From positions 64,946-128,945 of the forward strand of contig CAYRUB010000003.1 of the NCBI GenBank assembly GCA_964427405.1: a DNA stretch of 64,000 bases, given 5' to 3'. Shown one piece after another: positions 17,611 through 28,551 of the stretch; the stretch's first letter is position 1; the number at the start of each line of letters is the position of its first letter. The position numbers and the translations under genes were made by a program. The notes beneath the pieces are model-generated. The model worked only from the letters and a program-made list of their open reading frames with translations, was not told the DNA's origin and made no database searches. The stretch comes from an uncultured Planctomycetales bacterium. Lineage in GTDB: Bacteria > Omnitrophota > Gorgyraeia > Gygaellales > Profunditerraquicolaceae.

Positions 17611-17658
17611 GAATATATTATATAAAATAGTTAATTAAATGCAACAATTATAAAAGGT

Positions 17659-19068
17659 TTACTGCAAATAACCCAGGCTCTTTAGTCCCTCCTCTGTTTT
17701 GCGGTTTAAAACAGTTTCCCTGGGATTTATGTCCGAAAAAACAGGATAACCGGAGTTAAGCCATTTTTTTAAATTTATCCTTAATTCTTCTTTTACCTTT
17801 ACTACCCGAAGAGAGTTGTCTTTTATAAGGTTGGTTTTCTCATCAGGAAGAAAATATAACTCCTCCCTGCCGCCTTTTGCTAAAATATATTTAACATTCT
17901 TCCTTATATCCCGAATACTGTAAGCATTAAGAGAATAAGAATATATGTATCTTCTCTCCCTATTCTTACCATCCGAAATAGCTAATAAATCTATACCGTT
18001 AAATTTAGCCTTGTTAAAAAAGTACCAGCAGGAATTTATCCTGCTTAATATCGTTGGGACAACATCCACGCCAGAGCCTGCCGCGGTAATCCTCTTTCCG
18101 GCCTTAAAATACCGCTTATCTTTAATAATTAACGGGATTTGCAATACCTCATCATAGATATTCCGGCCATGAGCAAAATATACGCCATGTTCACCTAAAG
18201 ACTCCCCATGGTCTGCGGTCAGAATAATAATTGTATCATCTTTTATGTTATTCAGCAGTTTCCCTATATAGAAATCAGTATAAAGTATCTTTGAGTCATA
18301 AGCGGCAATGTAATAATTAAGGTTGTACTTGCCTGCGCAAAACACTCCTTTAGGTATATATCCATCACTTACCCAATCATCAGCTAATTTATCTTTTTCA
18401 TCCGCGTCCTTTGGCTTTAATTCCAGCATCTTATCATTTTCTTTATATAACTTATCATTCTCAAACTTATCAAAGTATCCTTCAAGCGCAGTATAGGGGG
18501 CATGAGCACCAATATAATGTACCCAGATAAAAAGAGGCTTATCATTTTGATAGTGTTTTAAGAAATCAATTACCCTGGCAGTAATTGACTGCCCGCTCCC
18601 CGCTTCTTGCTTAAGATTACTGAAGTAATCAATCCCCTGCTCAAAACCTTTGTCGACCTCTAGATGCGGATTATTTATAAAAGCAGCCGTGTAATAACCT
18701 TCTTTCTTAAGGTATTCTGCTAAAGTTACGAATTTTTTATCAAGTAGATGATCAAGAAATTCAAAACGCTTAGACTTAATCCCTAAATATCTTCCCGTAA
18801 GCAGCCCTGGAAATGACCAAAAAGTCGCGCTACTCGTAGCAAAACATTTATCAACGATTACCCCTTCCCCGGCCAATTTATCAATATTAGGCGAGGTGTT
18901 CCTTTGATACCCATAGCATCCTAAGTGATCCGCCCTCAAAGCATCTATTGTGATAAAAATAATATTGGGATCTTTTGGACTTCCGTATCTTGATAACTTA
19001 AGCATGAAAATTGCCAGCGCAAATCCTAAGAGAATAATAAATATTTTATAGTTAATCTTATTCTTCAT
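17659..19068 (-). CDS. Membrane-anchored sulfatase-like hydrolase/transferase (alkaline phosphatase superfamily)
   Basis: PNIIFITIDALRADHLGCYGY, TADHGESLGEH, C-terminal LKSLGY; N-terminal TM segment. Confidence 0.85.
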   Translation of the reverse strand: MKNKINYKIFIILLGFALAIFMLKLSRYGSPKDPNIIFITIDALRADHLGCYGYQRNTSPNIDKLAGEGVIVDKCFATSSATFWSFPGLLTGRYLGIKSKRFEFLDHLLDKKFVTLAEYLKKEGYYTAAFINNPHLEVDKGFEQGIDYFSNLKQEAGSGQSITARVIDFLKHYQNDKPLFIWVHYIGAHAPYTALEGYFDKFENDKLYKENDKMLELKPKDADEKDKLADDWVSDGYIPKGVFCAGKYNLNYYIAAYDSKILYTDFYIGKLLNNIKDDTIIILTADHGESLGEHGVYFAHGRNIYDEVLQIPLIIKDKRYFKAGKRITAAGSGVDVVPTILSRINSCWYFFNKAKFNGIDLLAISDGKNRERRYIYSYSLNAYSIRDIRKNVKYILAKGGREELYFLPDEKTNLIKDNSLRVVKVKEELRINLKKWLNSGYPVFSDINPRETVLNRKTEEGLKSLGYLQ

Positions 19069-19099
19069 CTTCTAAATAATAACAACTCTCCCCGTTCAA

Positions 19100-20245
19100 C
19101 TATTCAATTCTGCGAATCAGAGGTAAACAAAGGAAACTGGTTAACGCGGATAAAACAATCAACCATTTCAGGCCAATATGCGGAAGCAGGAACGCGCCGG
19201 ACAAATTACCGGCTACTCCGGAAAGATTATTTATGCTGCACAACAAGGCAAATGAAGTCGCCTCCAGCCCCTTAACTGAATGCCGGGCCATAAAATCCAT
19301 AACCATTATGAATATAAACATCCCCAAAAAGCTGTAAACTACATCATAAGCAACAGCCGTTAGGGGAGTATAATACAAGTAGCTTAAAGTAGTTATTGCC
19401 CCTAAAAATACTGAAATGTATAACCATTTCTTTAAATTTATCTTCTGGCTTAACCTGTAGTAGAACAACGAGCCGATAATCCCGCATACTGTGCTAATCG
19501 TGCCTAAAGTCCCAATCCACATCTTGCCCCACTTAAAGGTATCCCGCTGAATAAAAAGCAACGGCGTACCAAAAGAGGGGGAATATTTATACAGAAAAAT
19601 AAATAACCCGATGATCAATATCTTTTTATCGCTAAAAAGCCTTTTTAAATCAATTAACAGAGACGCGTATTTTTTCTCACCACTCTCCTCTTGATAAAAA
19701 TAAGCCGGCAGGCCTACCAGCAAATAAACAGGCACAAGGCACAGAAAACCAATCCGGTAATCCCATTTCTCGGCGATAAAAGCCCCGCCTATGCCGGTAA
19801 ACAATCCCGCCACTAAAATCGAAACCCACTGGATACTCTGGATCTTACCGGTAGCCTGGTATTTCTTGCCCTCCACACACATTATCCCGTCAACCGCTAC
19901 ATCGCGAAAAGCCGCGCTGGCGGAATTAACCGTAAGTAACACCATTAAGAAAATAAGCGGCATCTGCATCAGGCCCAAAAACAAAACAAAAACTATATCC
20001 AAAGCTAAAGAAATAAAGATCCAGCATCTTTTACTAAAAGTATGATCTATAGCATAGCCGATCAAGGGCTTGACCATCCAGGCAAAGGTAGTCAGGCTTC
20101 CAAGAAACATTATCTTGTCCGGCGAAAAATGCAAAGTCTCTTTAAGGTAATAAAATAGCCCCTGTCCAGGCAGGCCTTCTATGCCTTGCGTAAAATAAAC
20201 CGCGCTGCTTAAAGCAAATATCCAAAAAAGTTTTTTATTTTTCAT
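19100..20245 (-). CDS. MFS transporter, folate-biopterin (BT1)-like
   Basis: Multiple TM segments; WMVKPLIG, AFRDVAVDG, GLEATSFALL. Confidence 0.8.
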   Translation of the reverse strand: MKNKKLFWIFALSSAVYFTQGIEGLPGQGLFYYLKETLHFSPDKIMFLGSLTTFAWMVKPLIGYAIDHTFSKRCWIFISLALDIVFVLFLGLMQMPLIFLMVLLTVNSASAAFRDVAVDGIMCVEGKKYQATGKIQSIQWVSILVAGLFTGIGGAFIAEKWDYRIGFLCLVPVYLLVGLPAYFYQEESGEKKYASLLIDLKRLFSDKKILIIGLFIFLYKYSPSFGTPLLFIQRDTFKWGKMWIGTLGTISTVCGIIGSLFYYRLSQKINLKKWLYISVFLGAITTLSYLYYTPLTAVAYDVVYSFLGMFIFIMVMDFMARHSVKGLEATSFALLCSINNLSGVAGNLSGAFLLPHIGLKWLIVLSALTSFLCLPLIRRIE

Positions 20246-20255
20246 ATTTAAAATA

Positions 20256-20305
20256 AAGGGGACGGTTCTATTTTTAGTTTACCTGAAAAATAGAACCGTC
20301 CCCTT
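20256..20305. repeat. Perfect 20-bp inverted repeat (REP-like or bidirectional terminator) after secG
   Basis: AAGGGGACGGTTCTATTTTT-10 nt-AAAAATAGAACCGTCCCCTT. Confidence 0.85.
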
Positions 20306-20323
20306 CTGTTACAAAATAGTTTT

Positions 20324-20716
20324 TTATTTTCCTGCCTCCGACTTAGCTTTTTCTATGGGAGCTACAGCTTTAACTGCATCTACTTTAGCTGTTTCTACTT
20401 TAACGGGCTCTGCTTTTACATCCTCTGTTTTAACCGTTTCTGTTTTTGCTGCCGCCTTTACCGGAACCTTAGCATTACGCATCAACGATTTACTCTGTTT
20501 AACGGATAATACCGCCAGGCTCAAACAAGTCAGGAAGAAAACTACGGACATAATTGTGGTCGTACGGGTAAGAAAAGCGCTGGTCTTTGTCCCGAACATC
20601 GATTCCACCCCGGCAAAGCTCTCCACCAACCCCGCCCCTCTTCCGCGTTGAATTAAAACCAAAACAATCAAAACTATACAGGCAATCACATGGACTACAA
20701 TTATCAACGTCATCAT
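20324..20716 (-). CDS. secG: Preprotein translocase subunit SecG
   Basis: VLIQRGRGAGL, FLTRTT, two TM segments; follows tpiA. Confidence 0.92.
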   Translation of the reverse strand: MMTLIIVVHVIACIVLIVLVLIQRGRGAGLVESFAGVESMFGTKTSAFLTRTTTIMSVVFFLTCLSLAVLSVKQSKSLMRNAKVPVKAAAKTETVKTEDVKAEPVKVETAKVDAVKAVAPIEKAKSEAGK

Positions 20717-21480
20717 TTTACAACCTCGCTAGCTTTAATAACTATCGCACTGAAAGATTCCGCCTTCAAGCTTGCTCCGCCCACTAGGGCGCCGTCTACA
20801 TCCGGCTTATTCATTAATTCCGTGATATTTTCAGGCTTAACGCTTCCGCCATACTGAATCCTGACGCTATCCGCTACCTCTTGGCCGTAATTTTTCTTTA
20901 ATAAATCGCGGATAAATTTATGCACCTCCTGCGCCTGTTCCGGGGTGGCAGTCTTACCCGTACCAATTGCCCAGACCGGCTCATAAGCAATTACCAAATT
21001 TAGCATATCAGAGGAGCTAATATCCACTAATCCATTATTAATATGATCTTCAATAACCCTGAATGTCTTATTAGCTTCTCTTTCCTGCAAGTTCTCACCC
21101 ACGCAAACAATCGGAGTCAGCCCATGTTTTAAGCAGGCCTTGATTTTCTTATTTACAGTTTCATTGGTATCCCCGAAAAACTGCCTGCGTTCAGAGTGCC
21201 CGACAATAACATACCGGCAACCCGCATCAAGAAGCATAAGCGGAGAAACCTCTCCCGTAAAAGCCCCCTCTTCCTGCCAATAGATATCCTGAGCGCCTAT
21301 AGCTATATTACTATCCTCCAAATCGTCCGCTAAATACGCCAGCAATGTATAAGCCGGACAAATTATGATATCCACATTTTCAATTTTATAAAGTTCCCTT
21401 TTCAAGGCAACCGCTAAAGCTTGGCCGTCTTTAATCGTCTTATACATCTTCCAGTTTCCGGCAATAATCGTCTTTCTCAT
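20713..21480 (-). CDS. tpiA: Triosephosphate isomerase
   Basis: IAGNWKM, GHSERR, AYEPVWAIGTG, YGGSVKP; start set at MRKTII. Confidence 0.98.
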   Translation of the reverse strand: MRKTIIAGNWKMYKTIKDGQALAVALKRELYKIENVDIIICPAYTLLAYLADDLEDSNIAIGAQDIYWQEEGAFTGEVSPLMLLDAGCRYVIVGHSERRQFFGDTNETVNKKIKACLKHGLTPIVCVGENLQEREANKTFRVIEDHINNGLVDISSSDMLNLVIAYEPVWAIGTGKTATPEQAQEVHKFIRDLLKKNYGQEVADSVRIQYGGSVKPENITELMNKPDVDGALVGGASLKAESFSAIVIKASEVVK

Positions 21481-21481
21481 C

Positions 21482-22663
21482 TTACCTTTCTGTAAGCGCG
21501 GCAATACCCGGCAAATTTTTACCCTCTAAAAACTCCAGGCTCGCCCCTCCTCCAGTTGAAATATGCGACATCTTATCTTCTAATTTGAATTTAACAATCG
21601 CCGCGGCAGTATCCCCTCCGCCGATAATTGAAATGCATTTCAGGCTGCCGATAAAATCAGCCAACTCCCGTGTGCCCCTGCTAAAAGCATCCATTTCAAA
21701 TATACCCATCGGCCCGTTCCAAACAATGGTCTTGGCTGTTTTTAATTTCTCCTCAAACAACTTAATAGTCTTGGGCCCGATATCTACGGCAATCTTGCCG
21801 TCGGGTATATTCTCACCTACAATTTCAGTTTTAGCGTTAGCGTCAATAGTATCAACAATCACGTTATCAACGGGCAATAAAATCTCTTTATTTAACTGTT
21901 TAGCTTGATCTAAAATTGACTTGGCTAAATCCAGCTTCTCTTTTTCTAACTTAGAATTACCGATCTGTTTTCCTTGTGCCTTAAGAAAAGTATACGCCAT
22001 GCCGCCGCCGACAATAATCGCGTCACATTTAGGCAAAAGATTCTCAATTACCCCAATCTTATCCGAAACCTTAGCGCCCCCTAAAATAACTACAAACGGC
22101 TTCTGCGGATTTTTAACTGCGTCGCCTAAATATTTGATTTCTTTCTCAAGAAGTAACCCTGCGGCAGATTTTAAGAAATGCGTTACACCTTCGGTTGAGG
22201 CATGAGCGCGGTGCGCCGTGCCAAAAGCATCATTAACAAATATATCAGCTAAAGACGCAAGCTGTTTAGAAAAATTAGCGTCATTGCCTTCTTCTCCGGC
22301 GTGATACCGTAAATTCTCGAGTAAAACTATCTTTTCCTTTGATTTATCAATATCCGGTTTAATATTATCTCCGATGCAGTCATTAAGAAATAACACATCC
22401 TGGCCTAAAAGCTCTTTTAAACGCGCAGCTACCGGCTTAAGGCTGTATTTAGCAACCAGCTTGCCATCCGGCCTGCCCAAATGGCTCATCAGAACTAATT
22501 TCTTAGCGCCATGCTCTAAAATATATTTCAGGGTAGGTATGGTTGCCCGTATACGCGTATCATCGGTAATATTAAGGCTGGCATCCTGCGGTACATTAAA
22601 ATCCGCGCGCACCAGCACCGTCTTATTTTTTAAATCAACATCATTTAAGGTCAATTTCGCCAT
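21482..22663 (-). CDS. pgk: Phosphoglycerate kinase
   Basis: RADFNVP, SHLGRP, NDAFGTAHRAHAS, HISTGGGASLE. Confidence 0.99.
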   Translation of the reverse strand: MAKLTLNDVDLKNKTVLVRADFNVPQDASLNITDDTRIRATIPTLKYILEHGAKKLVLMSHLGRPDGKLVAKYSLKPVAARLKELLGQDVLFLNDCIGDNIKPDIDKSKEKIVLLENLRYHAGEEGNDANFSKQLASLADIFVNDAFGTAHRAHASTEGVTHFLKSAAGLLLEKEIKYLGDAVKNPQKPFVVILGGAKVSDKIGVIENLLPKCDAIIVGGGMAYTFLKAQGKQIGNSKLEKEKLDLAKSILDQAKQLNKEILLPVDNVIVDTIDANAKTEIVGENIPDGKIAVDIGPKTIKLFEEKLKTAKTIVWNGPMGIFEMDAFSRGTRELADFIGSLKCISIIGGGDTAAAIVKFKLEDKMSHISTGGGASLEFLEGKNLPGIAALTER

Positions 22664-22669
22664 GTATTT

Positions 22670-24749
<2,080 letters not shown>

Positions 24750-24750
24750 A

Positions 24751-25773
24751 TTAAACTTTTACCTCTCTTAAAAATTTAGCTGTCTCTTCTGGGGGAAGCG
24801 GACAAATATAAAAACCTGTGCCCCACTCAAAACCCGCGACCTTAGTCAGACGCGGTATGATCTCAATATGCCAATGATAATCCTGTTCAATAGTTTTCCA
24901 ATAGCCCATTTTTTGCCTGCGGAATGGCGCGGTGTGAATTACATAATTATAATCCGGGTCGTTTAACCCAATCTTTAATTTCAAAAGCACGGTTTTAAGT
25001 ACGTGCGCCAGGTGCTTTTTTGACTCCGCATCCATACAGGTATAGTCACAACAATGCTTCTTCGGCAAAATCCAGGTCTCAAAAGGAAAACGCGCGGCAA
25101 ACGGAGCTACTGCCACAAAACCATCAAACTCGGCAATTACGCGTTCTTTCTGCGCCAGCTCCTGTTTAATCAAATCGCAGAACACACAACGTTCATGGTA
25201 TTCATAATAAAGGCGCGCCCCGGCCAATTCTTCTTTTACGCGTTTAGGATTAACAGGCGTGGCAATTAACTGCGAGCGGGAATGCCTGATTGAGCCGCCT
25301 CCCGAACCTTTACCGTAATTCTTGAACACCAAGACATATTTAAGCCGTCCATCCCTCTCTAAATCAGTTATTCTATCGGAATAGCAATTAAGCACATTGG
25401 TAATTTGCTCTTCGCTTAAATCCGCCATGTTGGCAATGTGCTGATTAGTCTCAATCACAACCTCATGCGCACCTAAACCATTCATTACGTCATATATACC
25501 GTTTCCGCGCCGGTCCAAGTCACCTTCAACCCTTAAGAAAGGCGCAATACTGGGGACAACACGCAAGTCCCAACCCGGGCCATTGCGCGTAGAATTTCGC
25601 GGGCGTATAGCGTAAATTTCAGACGGAGTATTAGATTCCTTGCCATCGCAAAATGGACAAGCACCCTGATCATCCTGCTCTTTATTGCCTGTAAACTGAT
25701 CAGGCCGCTGAGCGCGTTCAGTGGCGATAATTACCCATCTACCTATAATCGGATCTTTTCTTAATTCTGGCAT
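24751..25773 (-). CDS. GalT-like paralog lacking the catalytic His (HSRSQ)
   Basis: ELRKDP, CPFC, GAHEV, AGFEWGTG; the HxHxQ motif reads HSRSQ. Confidence 0.85.
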   Translation of the reverse strand: MPELRKDPIIGRWVIIATERAQRPDQFTGNKEQDDQGACPFCDGKESNTPSEIYAIRPRNSTRNGPGWDLRVVPSIAPFLRVEGDLDRRGNGIYDVMNGLGAHEVVIETNQHIANMADLSEEQITNVLNCYSDRITDLERDGRLKYVLVFKNYGKGSGGGSIRHSRSQLIATPVNPKRVKEELAGARLYYEYHERCVFCDLIKQELAQKERVIAEFDGFVAVAPFAARFPFETWILPKKHCCDYTCMDAESKKHLAHVLKTVLLKLKIGLNDPDYNYVIHTAPFRRQKMGYWKTIEQDYHWHIEIIPRLTKVAGFEWGTGFYICPLPPEETAKFLREVKV

Positions 25774-25781
25774 AGAAATTA

Positions 25782-25823
25782 ATTATAACAGAACTTCTTT
25801 AATTTACAATGTAAATTAAAGAA
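25782..25823 (-). promoter_or_regulatory. Promoter (TTGTAA-16-TATAAT, TGn-extended) overlapped by a perfect 29-bp palindrome
   Basis: TTCTTTAATTTACA-A-TGTAAATTAAAGAA at 25795-25823; -10 element at 25782-25787. Confidence 0.7.
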
Positions 25824-25838
25824 CATACCTTGCAACAT

Positions 25839-26780
25839 TTAAATAGATGTAAACTTATCTCCTGATTTAAGCTTATGCCCTATGATAAAATTCTGCGCGG
25901 ACATACGCTTGCCCGCTTCCAGCTGTAATTCTTTAAGATTTAAAAAACCCCTGCCGCAAGCTACAACAATACCATGTTTATCCGCCCTGACCACCTCTCC
26001 GGGCACAGGCTTATGATTTGGGAATATCGGCAAAACATCCGCTTGAAATATTTTAAGTATTTTTCCGCGGTAACCCGTGAATGCCCCCGGCCAGGGCAAA
26101 ACCCCTCTTACCTGATTATGAATATCTATGGCAGGAGTATCCCAGTCAATTAAACCATCCTCTTTTTTCAGCTTCGGCGCAAGAATTACCTTATCCTCAT
26201 CCTGCTCTAATAACGAATAGCTCCTATTGTCAATCATCTTAAGCGCATCCATTAACAACTCCGCCCCTAGATTTCGCAGTTTTTCCTCAAGACTTATTGC
26301 GGTATCATTTTCTTCAATTTTTATTTCCTTTTGCAAAATAACCGGCCCTGAATCCGTTTTAAGGCTCACATACATGATACTTACTCCGGACTTCTTCTCT
26401 GCGTTAATTATCGCCCAATTGATCGGAGCTGCCCCGCGGTAAAGCGGAAGAAGCGAAGCGTGAATATTAATCGGCATGATTTTCGGAATATCCAGAACCT
26501 CCTGGGAAAAAATCTGGCCATAGGCGACAATAACAAAAAGGTCGGCATCCAGGCTTTTTAAGAAATCTACGCTTTCTTTGCTTTTAATATTTTCCGGCTG
26601 GAAGGTTTTGAGTTTTGCCGCAATAGCCATGCTCTTGACATCCGTGCCGGCAACATGTAAATGCCTGCCCTTTTTCTTATCCGGCTGGGTAACCACGCAA
26701 ACCAGCTCATGCTTACCTTTAATCAAGGCTTCCAGTGCCGGAACCGCGAAATGTGCGCTGCCAAAATATACTATTTTCAT
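25839..26780 (-). CDS. fmt: Methionyl-tRNA formyltransferase
   Basis: VVTQPDK..GR, VAYGQ, NIHASLLP.YRGAAPI. Confidence 0.97.
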   Translation of the reverse strand: MKIVYFGSAHFAVPALEALIKGKHELVCVVTQPDKKKGRHLHVAGTDVKSMAIAAKLKTFQPENIKSKESVDFLKSLDADLFVIVAYGQIFSQEVLDIPKIMPINIHASLLPLYRGAAPINWAIINAEKKSGVSIMYVSLKTDSGPVILQKEIKIEENDTAISLEEKLRNLGAELLMDALKMIDNRSYSLLEQDEDKVILAPKLKKEDGLIDWDTPAIDIHNQVRGVLPWPGAFTGYRGKILKIFQADVLPIFPNHKPVPGEVVRADKHGIVVACGRGFLNLKELQLEAGKRMSAQNFIIGHKLKSGDKFTSI

Positions 26781-26782
26781 AT

Positions 26783-28228
26783 TTATATAGGATCCACATC
26801 CACCGTTACTATTATACCCGAAAAATGGCTTTCTTTTAAATGTAATTTTAAAAACTTCCCAGCCTTCTCTACGCTAGATGCACGCATTAATATTTGATAA
26901 TAAAAATTCCCGCGTAATTTAGCCGGCTGCCCGGGGTTAAGCGAGAGCATTTTTATGCTGGAGGTTTTAATCCGGCTTAATCTTTCGAATAAATCCTGGG
27001 CCGACTTTTTAACCTTCTCCAGGCTCACCCCTCTTAGCTTAAGCAAAATCATATGTTTATACGGCGCAAAATTCAACTGTTTGCGCTGCTTCAATTCTTC
27101 TTTTAAGAAAATCTGCGGGTCATTCTTAATCAGCGCCTGGAAACAATGATGATTAGCATTAACGCTTTGAATAATCATTTTCTTGGAGGTTAGGCTAGTC
27201 AACCCCATAAGTAAAGCAAAAGTTTTCTCGCCGGCCCTAAAATCCACCCGGTTGAGCGAATTATCTATGGCGATTACCCCGATTAAATCAAAACTTAAAT
27301 CTTGATGTTTTATAATTGAACTGCTCGCCACAGAAATATCCACATTTATTCGCGCCTGCGGAAAAATCCTGGCCAATTCACTCTCCACTTTTTCCGTGCC
27401 TATCCCGGAATATTTTATGTAACCGGTATTACAACTCGGGCAGATATTGGGCACATCCATTTTAAAGTTACAATGGTGGCACTTTAATTTATCCTCATCA
27501 AAATGAAATACCAGATTAATATTACAGCGCGGGCACTTTAAAGCCACCCCGCAATTATGGCAAGCGGCGCTGGTTGCAAAACCTTTGCGCTCAATAAACA
27601 CCAGGGTCTTTCCTTTCTCAACCAATGTCGCATAAATCGCATCTGACAGAAATTTAGAAAATATAGCCTTGCTCTTTCTATCCGCGTAAGAAAGCCGCCG
27701 TGCGTCAATAACCTGAACAAGCGGATATGCTGTTTTAGGCGGAACAAATTCAAATTTAACTTTATCTTCTTGCGCAAGATAAAAATTTTCCAGGGAAGGG
27801 ACAAGACTGCCCAAAACAACCTTTGAGCCGCAAATCTCCGCGCGCATTAAGGCTACTTGCCTGGCGTGATAATGCGGCACCTGCTCTTGCTTATAAACCT
27901 GATCCTGCTCCTGGTCGATTATAATCAAACCCAAATTATTTACCGGAGAAAAAATATTTGAACGCGTGCCTACTACAACACATTTTGCCGCCTGGCTGAT
28001 CTTTCTCCATATCTCCAATTCTTTTGGCTGTTTACGGAATACCAAAAAGACCTCTATGCCTAAATCTTTTTCAATTAATTCCTTAGCCCTTTCTGCCTCC
28101 AGAATATCACTAAATAAAACAATCGCCGAACGATTAGCCGCCCAAGCCTCTTTAATCTCCCTTAAATAAACCGGCATCCGCTCCTGCCCGATAATTGCGA
28201 CAATTGGGGCCGGATCTATTTTTCCCAT
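26783..28228 (-). CDS. priA: PriA C-terminal part: degenerate helicase core, Cys-rich region and C-terminal domain
   Basis: VVGTRS, GLIIIDQEQD..YKQ, CHNC/CPRC/CHHC/CPSC, GIGTEKVE, VDVDP end; no Walker A. Confidence 0.85.
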   Translation of the reverse strand: MGKIDPAPIVAIIGQERMPVYLREIKEAWAANRSAIVLFSDILEAERAKELIEKDLGIEVFLVFRKQPKELEIWRKISQAAKCVVVGTRSNIFSPVNNLGLIIIDQEQDQVYKQEQVPHYHARQVALMRAEICGSKVVLGSLVPSLENFYLAQEDKVKFEFVPPKTAYPLVQVIDARRLSYADRKSKAIFSKFLSDAIYATLVEKGKTLVFIERKGFATSAACHNCGVALKCPRCNINLVFHFDEDKLKCHHCNFKMDVPNICPSCNTGYIKYSGIGTEKVESELARIFPQARINVDISVASSSIIKHQDLSFDLIGVIAIDNSLNRVDFRAGEKTFALLMGLTSLTSKKMIIQSVNANHHCFQALIKNDPQIFLKEELKQRKQLNFAPYKHMILLKLRGVSLEKVKKSAQDLFERLSRIKTSSIKMLSLNPGQPAKLRGNFYYQILMRASSVEKAGKFLKLHLKESHFSGIIVTVDVDPI

Positions 28229-28551
28229 AGCTTGCCTTTCCTCAGCTCATCCGGAAGCGCAGCCTCAATTGCCTCCCCCCAGGAACAACAGTAATATTCC
28301 GCTAATCTTTTCGTCAACAACAGCATCTGCTCATCTAAAACAGCCGTTGTATCAATTACCGCCGAAATATCTTTTATTATCTTAATTTTGGTTTTATTGC
28401 TTAAGCCGACTACGTAGGCAACTTCTTTTTTATTGCGGAAATTTACCCAAACTCTCGCTCCGACAAAAACCTTATTCTCCAAATCCGGCGGGACAAGGTA
28501 ATCAAACGGGCCGTCAATAGGCAGGCCTAATACAACCTCAGCATATAACAC
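28216..28551 (-). CDS. priA: PriA N-terminal 3'-DNA-binding domain (separate ORF)
   Basis: YAEVVLGLP...FDYLVP...VGARV.V.F, LAEYY, ALP. Confidence 0.8.
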   Translation of the reverse strand: MLYAEVVLGLPIDGPFDYLVPPDLENKVFVGARVWVNFRNKKEVAYVVGLSNKTKIKIIKDISAVIDTTAVLDEQMLLLTKRLAEYYCCSWGEAIEAALPDELRKGKLWEK

